Positions 24,706-30,743 of a stretch of DNA of 30,743 nt are shown in pieces. Under the pieces are notes generated by a model that saw only the letters and a program-made list of their open reading frames with translations, was not told the DNA's origin and searched no databases. How positions within the stretch are numbered: the first letter of the stretch is position 1; each line of letters starts with the position of its first letter. The stretch spans positions 1 to 30,743 of the IMG/VR virus record IMGVR_UViG_3300020042_005582; one strand, 5' to 3'. The translations under genes were made by a program, and so were the position numbers. This DNA is from a virus. Taxonomy: Duplodnaviria; Caudoviricetes.

Positions 24706-24903
24706 ATGGAACAATCGGTGCGCAAAAATGAAACAACCATTGAAGTATCACGCGACCGCACCACAGGCAGGTTTGTGATCGCCATTGTACGGGGTGCTGA
24801 TTGGGTATTCATTCGTGATGAACCCATTTTGGCTGATGCAATACAAATTGCTCAACGCGGCGCAAGTAGTTTTGGTTTGCGCGTCATCGAAAAAATCTTT
24901 TGA
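24706..24903 (+). CDS. Hypothetical protein
   Basis: 65-aa ORF coupled to the next gene. Confidence 0.5.
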   Translation: MEQSVRKNETTIEVSRDRTTGRFVIAIVRGADWVFIRDEPILADAIQIAQRGASSFGLRVIEKIF

Positions 24904-25184
24904 TGCATCACGGACCTGACCCGTACACAAAAATGTTGGCATTGTTTGATGAATGGCAGGCCACCCATCCGCAACCAACTGAACAACTGTTGGAACAAAC
25001 TGGACGGCTGCACAACATCATCACAACAGGCAACCAACTTGCCGACATACTCACCGACATCAAAAACGCGGAACGAACACGCATCAAAGGTTCATGGCAA
25101 ATCACTGTCAGCAACCAACTACTGACACAAACTGTTTTCATGTTGGACCAGTGGCAGCAAATAACTGAAACACCAGTGCGATGA
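24903..25184 (+). CDS. Hypothetical protein
   Basis: TGATG and ATGA coupling to its neighbours. Confidence 0.55.
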   Translation: MHHGPDPYTKMLALFDEWQATHPQPTEQLLEQTGRLHNIITTGNQLADILTDIKNAERTRIKGSWQITVSNQLLTQTVFMLDQWQQITETPVR

Positions 25185-25375
25185 AACAAACATGGGTGTG
25201 CAATCGATGCGATGCCACCTACACAACTAGCATCACAATCCGTGAAGTTTCGTGTGTGGTTTGCACGAAACGGAAAGGGAACAAACTGCAATGGATGCAA
25301 CTAGACACAGCACAATCAGAATCATCACCATCATTGGATTCACCGCAGCAACGTTTGCCGGGTGCAACCAAATGA
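25181..25375 (+). CDS. Small zinc-ribbon-like protein
   Basis: WVCNRC...SCVVC. The 3' part overlaps the Rpf gene start by about 85 nt. Confidence 0.5.
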   Translation: MKQTWVCNRCDATYTTSITIREVSCVVCTKRKGNKLQWMQLDTAQSESSPSLDSPQQRLPGATK

Positions 25376-25782
25376 AAACTGAAACACCACAAACAGCAGC
25401 AACAGAATATGTGTATGCAGATCAGTACGGGCCACATGCACAAGCATTGGCGACGTTGGAACAGCATTTGCAAACGATCACAACAACAACTACAACTGTC
25501 ACGCAATACCGGTACACCCAACCACCTGATGGCATGTGGGATGTTCTCGCGTTCTGCGAATCATCAGGTGATTGGGGACACCTGCCGGTTGCCGGTGGAT
25601 TCTCCGGTGGCCTCATGTTTCACATCGGAACATGGCGTGCGATGGGTGGCACAGAATACGCACCTGATGCATATTTGGCGACCCGTGAACAACAAATTGA
25701 TATTGCAGAACGCACACGCACCGCAGCCGGTGGTTCAATGCGACCGTGGCCGGGTTGCGCAAACAAACATGGATGGAACTGA
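25291..25782 (+). CDS. Resuscitation-promoting factor (Rpf)-like transglycosylase, predicted lipoprotein
   Basis: WDVLAFCESSGDW, GGLMF..GTWRAMGGTEYAP.A.LATREQQIDIAER and WPGC match the Rpf domain. The N-terminal hydrophobic stretch ends in the lipobox-like FAGC, followed by a Thr-rich linker. SD GGAAAGGGA. Confidence 0.88.
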   Translation: MDATRHSTIRIITIIGFTAATFAGCNQMKTETPQTAATEYVYADQYGPHAQALATLEQHLQTITTTTTTVTQYRYTQPPDGMWDVLAFCESSGDWGHLPVAGGFSGGLMFHIGTWRAMGGTEYAPDAYLATREQQIDIAERTRTAAGGSMRPWPGCANKHGWN

Positions 25783-25784
25783 AC

Positions 25785-25853
25785 ATGAAACAACCACAAA
25801 TCGTGCGTTGCCCGCGCTGTGAATATTTCATATGCCGGTGCCCCGATGACTGA
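25785..25853 (+). CDS. Possible Cys-rich micropeptide (22 aa)
   Basis: Reads MKQPQIVRCPRCEYFICRCPDD. Fills the gap and overlaps the next start. Confidence 0.4.
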   Translation: MKQPQIVRCPRCEYFICRCPDD

Positions 25854-26064
25854 CATTTTGAATCGGCTGCAAACAGTTGTTGAACACGCACGCACCGGGG
25901 TTGACCCTGTTTGGCTGAAAATTGCCATCACAGAAATCCAACAACAGCGTGCAGAAAACATGAAACTGGCCTGCACGCTCATGTCCCCGCTTGTGTTTGT
26001 GCATGAAACCATCACCACACAAGTTGATGAAATACTGAAACCATACATTGGGGGAAACCTGTGA
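25846..26064 (+). CDS. Hypothetical protein
   Basis: Begins MTDILNRLQ; GTGA overlap with the next gene. Confidence 0.6.
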   Translation: MTDILNRLQTVVEHARTGVDPVWLKIAITEIQQQRAENMKLACTLMSPLVFVHETITTQVDEILKPYIGGNL

Positions 26065-26216
26065 AATGCCCGAACTGCACACGCCTTGTGAATCTTGGCA
26101 AAGGGTGGGGTGTGTCACGCCGCTTTTGCAGTCGCACATGTGCCAGTGACTACGCACTGCAATCAATCAAAACAGTGAAAACAGACATTGAAAACAATCC
26201 AACAGCAAAGGACTGA
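26061..26216 (+). CDS. Small FCS-type zinc-finger protein (51 aa)
   Basis: Not in the track. Reads MKCPNC...RRFCSRTC. SD GGGGGA before GTG. Confidence 0.7.
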   Translation: MKCPNCTRLVNLGKGWGVSRRFCSRTCASDYALQSIKTVKTDIENNPTAKD

Positions 26217-26221
26217 CAACA

Positions 26222-26431
26222 ATGAACGCAGAACAATGGACGATGGCACCAACCGCTGCATGCATTATTGAAGCGGATTGCACAATTGCACACAAGGCGG
26301 GCATGTATGAATGCCCCGGATGTTTGGGAAACGGCAGGCGCGCGTTGTTAGGTGCAGCAATCACAATTGCAGTGGTGCTAGACCATCACGGCAACCCCAT
26401 TGGAATTGACACGGAAGAACACGGGCAATGA
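26222..26431 (+). CDS. Hypothetical Cys/His-containing protein
   Basis: C..C..H..ECPGC pattern; SD AAGGA. Confidence 0.6.
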   Translation: MNAEQWTMAPTAACIIEADCTIAHKAGMYECPGCLGNGRRALLGAAITIAVVLDHHGNPIGIDTEEHGQ

Positions 26432-27615
26432 ACAATGTGCCGCACACTGAAATCAGGTTGGGTGACTGCCGCGAAATCATCGCCACATTGCCTGACTGTT
26501 CAATCGATTCCATTGTCACCGATCCACCGTATGAACTTGGTTTCATGGGGAAAAAGTGGGATGCCACAGGCATCGCCTATGACGTAACCCTTTGGGAACA
26601 GTGTTTGCGTGTGTTGAAACCCGGCGGGCATTTGCTGGCGTTCGGCGGAACACGCACCTATCACCGTATGACATGTGCAATTGAGGATGCGGGGTTTGAA
26701 ATTCGTGATTGCATTGTTTGGTTGTACGGTTCAGGGTTCCCCAAGTCTTACGACGTCAGCAAGGGAATCGATAAGGCGGCGGGCGAACAAGGCGCAGTAA
26801 TCGGCCAGCGAAAGTTTGGAAAGACAAGCACCGGTCAAGGTGCCGGTTGGAACGCTAACGCCGTAGCCGCAACCGGAAAACAAACCGTGCGCGCACCCGC
26901 AACCGACGCCGCCAAGCAATGGCAAGGATGGGGGACAGCACTCAAACCCGCACACGAACCCATCGTCGTCGCCCGCAAGCCGCTGATCGGCACCGTCGCC
27001 GCCAACGTGCAGCAACACGGCACCGGGGCGCTCAACATTGACGGCGCGCGCATTGACATGGGCGACGAATACGACCCATCAAAGATTCAGCGTCAATCAA
27101 CTACCCCAAACGTCAACTTCGGCGCTTCAGGGCTTATCGGCAAAGAGATTCCGACCTACAACGCCGCTGGCCGCTGGCCTGCGAACGTCATCACCGACGG
27201 CAGCATCGACGCCGAATGGGTGCGCTACTTCTACAGCGCCAAAGCATCCAAAGCCGAACGCAACGCAGGACTCAACGGGCTGCCCGCAACCTTTGCGCCA
27301 ACGATGAATAACGGCATAGGCGGCAAGGAACACGACCCCATCACCGCCACGCCAAAGCAAAACACCCACCCGACCGTGAAGCCGCTTGCCCTCATGCGCT
27401 ATTTGGTGCGCCTCATCACACCACCCGGTGGCACTGTCCTAGAACCCTTTGCCGGGTCAGGCACCACACTGATGGCCGCTGTCATGGAAGGCTGCAACGT
27501 CATTGGTTGTGAAATCACTGATGAATACATTGAAATCATTGAACGCCGTGTGCGATGGGCACGCGAACAACACCACAATCAACAAACAACACTGTTCGGG
27601 GACACTGATGGATGA
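26428..27615 (+). CDS. DNA methyltransferase, N6-adenine/N4-cytosine (beta class)
   Basis: GDC, IVTDPPY (motif IV), RVLKPGG, HPTVKP and VLEPFAGSGTT (motif I). Confidence 0.93.
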   Translation: MNNVPHTEIRLGDCREIIATLPDCSIDSIVTDPPYELGFMGKKWDATGIAYDVTLWEQCLRVLKPGGHLLAFGGTRTYHRMTCAIEDAGFEIRDCIVWLYGSGFPKSYDVSKGIDKAAGEQGAVIGQRKFGKTSTGQGAGWNANAVAATGKQTVRAPATDAAKQWQGWGTALKPAHEPIVVARKPLIGTVAANVQQHGTGALNIDGARIDMGDEYDPSKIQRQSTTPNVNFGASGLIGKEIPTYNAAGRWPANVITDGSIDAEWVRYFYSAKASKAERNAGLNGLPATFAPTMNNGIGGKEHDPITATPKQNTHPTVKPLALMRYLVRLITPPGGTVLEPFAGSGTTLMAAVMEGCNVIGCEITDEYIEIIERRVRWAREQHHNQQTTLFGDTDG

Positions 27616-29836
27616 TGTGATTGACTACGCAGAAACCTACGCAGCAAACGGATGGCCCGTCATCCCAATCATCCCCGGCGGGAAACGCCCGCCAATGCAT
27701 TCATGGCAACACGTCGCCACCACACAACTAGACACAATCCACCAGTGGTTTGCCAACCAATACATTGGCCACGGCATAGGTGTTGCAACAGGCAACGGGC
27801 TGTTCATCCTTGACATTGACGTTGCCGACGGCAAAGCCGGTGATGAAACATTGCACGAACTAGAACGCCAACACGGACCACTACCCGAAACCGCAACGGT
27901 GCTCACCGGATCAGGTGGCGTTCACTACTACTTCACCCATCCTGATCACATTGAAATCCGCAATGATGCGGGCAGACGATTAGGGCAAGGCATCGATGTG
28001 CGGGGAACCGGTGGGCAATGTGTGGCACCGCCCACGGTGCATGCCAACGGAACCCCCTACACATGGGTAGGTGGCGAACCGGCACCAATCGCACCGGCAC
28101 CGGCATGGTTGCTGCACCTACTCACCCACACAGAACCCACCCCAACCCAACACAAGGCAACACAGGGGCCAATCACAGGCAACGATGATTCAATTGCCGC
28201 ACGGTACAACCAAAACACCACATGGGCTGAACTGCTCACCGCAGACGGTTGGACCCTCGCCCACACAGACCAAAGCAGTGAACAGCATTGGACTAGACCC
28301 GGCAAAGAAACACGCGACGGTACCAGCGCAACCATTGGATGGGCAGGAAACGACATGTTGCGTGTATTCACATCATCAATCACATGGCTGCCCGAAAAAG
28401 CATATTCACGGTTTGGATATTACGCCTGCCGACACCACGCAGGTGACCGATCAGCAGCAGCGAAACATTTGCATGAACTAGAAACCGCAGCATTCAACAC
28501 ATGGCAAAACAACTTGCCTGTCACCATGCCAACCAACACACCCCCACCAGATGATCCCGAACTGCAACACGGATGGGAACCCACCGACCTTGCCGCAATC
28601 ATCAACCACGGATGGGAACCCGTACAACCTCAACTACTTGAACGCGCAGACGGGGCACACCTGCTGTACCCGCAACGCATAAACGCACTGTACGGGGAAT
28701 CAGGCAGCGGCAAAACATGGGTGGCAATGGCAGCAGCAGCACAAACAATTACAAAAGGGCAACGTGTCCTGTTCTTAGATTTTGAAGATCACCCCGGCAG
28801 CGTCACAGACAGAATGCGCATGTTGGGATGTGACAACACCCAACTGATCGACCTATTCACCTACATCAGCCCTGTCATGCCATTCACCGATAGGGCAGGG
28901 CACTACCTTGAAACCCTTATCATCACCCTGAACATTCAACTATGCATCATCGATTCAACCGGCGAGGCCGTCAGCATGGACGGCATCAACCCCAATGCAG
29001 ACGAAGAAATCGCTGCATGGTTCAGACGTGTCCCCCGCCGCCTCACCCGTGCCGGTGCCACCGTCCTACTACTGGACCATGTGCCCAAATCAAATGAATC
29101 AAACAAACGGTTTGCCATCGGATCACAACGCAAACTTGCCGCCATCGATGGTGCCAGTTACCGGGTGGATGCGACCACACCCCCGGCAAAAGGCATGGAA
29201 GGCAAACTGAAACTGACCGTGGCCAAAGACAGACACGGCAACTATCAGCACGGCAGCACCGTCGCCAACATCACCGTTGCCGACACACAAAGCGGCATAC
29301 ACGTCACCATCACAGACCCCAACCACACGCAACCCAACGCCATCATGGAAAACATCAGCCGGGTATTAGGAATGGGAACCAACACACAAAACCGCCTGCT
29401 GGATGCATGCAACCAACACCCACGCCGACAGGTGAAAGATGCACTGGAAGAAATGATTGCATTGGGATATGTGGAACGCACCGTGCGCACCGGCAAAGGC
29501 GGTGGGTTCAACCTCACCCTGATGCAACGATTTGACCCCATCGATACCCTCACCATTGATTCAGTCAACACTGATGAAAACAACACCGATCAATCACCAC
29601 AAACACCACAGAACCAACATGATGAACCTAACCGCGCCAACCGCGCCAAACCGCGCCAAACCGAAACGGAACAGTTGCCAACATCTAACCGCGCCAACCG
29701 CGCCGCCCCTTTAGTAAAAGGGGCGCGTGGCGCGGTTGATGGACCAGTTCAAAACACACCATCAACACCCAACTGCGCCAACCCAAACGGCGCGGTTACA
29801 ACCCCCCAACCCATCGAACCATTCAACCCGTTCTGA
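27608..29836 (+). CDS. Bifunctional primase-polymerase (Prim-Pol) fused to AAA/RecA-type helicase
   Basis: GWPVIP..GKRP, GIGVATG, LDID, TGSGGVHYYF and GIDVRG..VAPPTVH. Walker A GESGSGKT; Walker B region FLDFED and IIDS; LLLDHVPK. Confidence 0.93.
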   Translation: MDDVIDYAETYAANGWPVIPIIPGGKRPPMHSWQHVATTQLDTIHQWFANQYIGHGIGVATGNGLFILDIDVADGKAGDETLHELERQHGPLPETATVLTGSGGVHYYFTHPDHIEIRNDAGRRLGQGIDVRGTGGQCVAPPTVHANGTPYTWVGGEPAPIAPAPAWLLHLLTHTEPTPTQHKATQGPITGNDDSIAARYNQNTTWAELLTADGWTLAHTDQSSEQHWTRPGKETRDGTSATIGWAGNDMLRVFTSSITWLPEKAYSRFGYYACRHHAGDRSAAAKHLHELETAAFNTWQNNLPVTMPTNTPPPDDPELQHGWEPTDLAAIINHGWEPVQPQLLERADGAHLLYPQRINALYGESGSGKTWVAMAAAAQTITKGQRVLFLDFEDHPGSVTDRMRMLGCDNTQLIDLFTYISPVMPFTDRAGHYLETLIITLNIQLCIIDSTGEAVSMDGINPNADEEIAAWFRRVPRRLTRAGATVLLLDHVPKSNESNKRFAIGSQRKLAAIDGASYRVDATTPPAKGMEGKLKLTVAKDRHGNYQHGSTVANITVADTQSGIHVTITDPNHTQPNAIMENISRVLGMGTNTQNRLLDACNQHPRRQVKDALEEMIALGYVERTVRTGKGGGFNLTLMQRFDPIDTLTIDSVNTDENNTDQSPQTPQNQHDEPNRANRAKPRQTETEQLPTSNRANRAAPLVKGARGAVDGPVQNTPSTPNCANPNGAVTTPQPIEPFNPF
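29630..29797. repeat. Iteron-like repeat cluster and palindrome, candidate replication origin
   Basis: AACCGCGCC at 29630, 29639, 29649, 29687 and 29696; variant AACTGCGCC at 29771; inverted GGCGCGGTT at 29729 and 29789; hairpin CGCCCCTTT-AGTA-AAAGGGGCG at 29704-29725. Confidence 0.75.
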
Positions 29837-29845
29837 AAGGCCAAG

Positions 29846-30343
29846 ATGACCAACCACCAAACCATCATCAACATCCACACCACCATCACCCTGCTCACCC
29901 AAATCACAGACCAACTACAAACCGCCATCACCGAACTACAAAACAACCAACCCGGATACCCAACCAACACCAAACAAAACAACATGCCCACATCCAAACC
30001 ATCCACCCCCACAGGACTAGACAGATACCTAACCGGCAAAGACCAAGCCAAAACAGACATGCACCAACTGAACACCGCAGCCCTGCAACTACTCACACCC
30101 GCTGCAACAATCCACAGAATCACAACCACATGGGCAAACCCTGCCACCCCACCCACCGCACACACCCACAACCAATGCCTAACCTGCGATCACTACACCA
30201 CCAACAAAGCCAACGACAGACTACGCAGCGGACTATGCCAAGCCTGTCACCGTTCATGGACCCGTGCGCGCGCAACAACAGACCGCGGCACATGGATGCT
30301 GCAACGCAAACAACAAACCACTGGTGACATGGTGACAACCTGA
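29846..30343 (+). CDS. Hypothetical protein with C-terminal CxxC...CxxC zinc finger (possible late regulator)
   Basis: CLTC...LRSGLCQAC; SD AAAGG. Last gene before the HNH/packaging module. Confidence 0.7.
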   Translation: MTNHQTIINIHTTITLLTQITDQLQTAITELQNNQPGYPTNTKQNNMPTSKPSTPTGLDRYLTGKDQAKTDMHQLNTAALQLLTPAATIHRITTTWANPATPPTAHTHNQCLTCDHYTTNKANDRLRSGLCQACHRSWTRARATTDRGTWMLQRKQQTTGDMVTT

Positions 30344-30392
30344 CAACCCAACAACCACAACACAAACAGTGGAACTACTACACGCAACCAAA

Positions 30393-30451
30393 TACAATGT
30401 GTTGCAATAGGGGGGGTGTGCCCGCAGGATCACCTGCACGGCATGCCCCCC
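30393..30451 (+). promoter_or_regulatory. Possible late promoter (-10 TACAAT) followed by leader hairpin
   Basis: TACAAT at 30393-30398 with no good -35. Interrupted stem GGGGGGTGTGCC-C-GCAGG / CCTGC-AC-GGCATGCCCCCC at 30411-30451. Confidence 0.4.
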
Positions 30452-30494
30452 ACACGCACGGCACACACACACACGCACCGCACACGGTGAACAC

Positions 30495-30743
30495 ATGCCA
30501 AACAAATACCACGGCAGAAGCACCCGCAAATTTCAAGCACAACGCAAACGCATACTAGAAACCAACAACATCTGTTGGCTATGCGGACAAACCGGGGCTG
30601 ACACCATCGATCACATCGTGCCCCTATCAGTGGCCCCCCACATGGGCGAGGACACCACCAACATGATGCCAGCGCACAGGACGTGCAACAGCCGCCGCGG
30701 AACCAAACCCGTTGACGCTGCACGCAACATGCCAGCATCACGC
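30495..30743 (+). CDS. HNH endonuclease, terminase-associated type (3'-truncated by window)
   Basis: Not in the track because it has no stop. Reads MPNKYHGRSTRKF..RKRIL..ICWLCG..ADTIDHIVP...NMMPAHRTCNSRRG. Confidence 0.9.
   Translation, partial: MPNKYHGRSTRKFQAQRKRILETNNICWLCGQTGADTIDHIVPLSVAPHMGEDTTNMMPAHRTCNSRRGTKPVDAARNMPASR

Noticed and set aside
28568-28621. Repeat CACGGATGGGAACCC (HGWEP twice) in the primase-helicase linker
   Set aside because: A short local duplication in an interdomain linker with no further structure.
30452-30494. CA-rich run resembling a microsatellite
   Set aside because: Irregular, and explained by the regional A/C skew.

Overview
The window is an almost complete genome of a small tailed dsDNA phage with an HK97-type head and a siphovirus-like tail. 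The host is most likely an actinobacterium, judging by WhiB, an Rpf-type transglycosylase, an r1t holin and actinophage-type SSB and resolvase genes. It opens inside the large terminase gene and ends inside an HNH endonuclease gene, so terS and the start of terL probably lie just outside. Nearly all genes are on the + strand, in this order: packaging and head, glycosyltransferase and methyltransferase, neck and tail (with a -1 frameshifting tail chaperone), lysis genes split by an accessory block (phosphoesterase, sulfotransferase-like, DUF6378-like), a terminator and two duplicated promoter cassettes, then early, recombination and replication genes (resolvase, WhiB, exonuclease, SSB, Rpf, DNA methyltransferase, primase-polymerase/helicase with iteron-like repeats). 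I see no integrase, repressor, tRNA or CRISPR array. The most unusual observations are: (1) a prohead protease built like a polyprotein, carrying a HiPIP-like 4-Cys domain and an unknown domain, each preceded by an E-x-R motif like the putative capsid maturation site; (2) structured RNA candidates on both sides of the major capsid gene; (3) a possible virion glycosylation/methylation/sulfation set; (4) a standalone lipoprotein Rpf; and (5) strong GAG/CTC avoidance, with patches that break it. All family calls come from motif recognition by eye, not from database searches.
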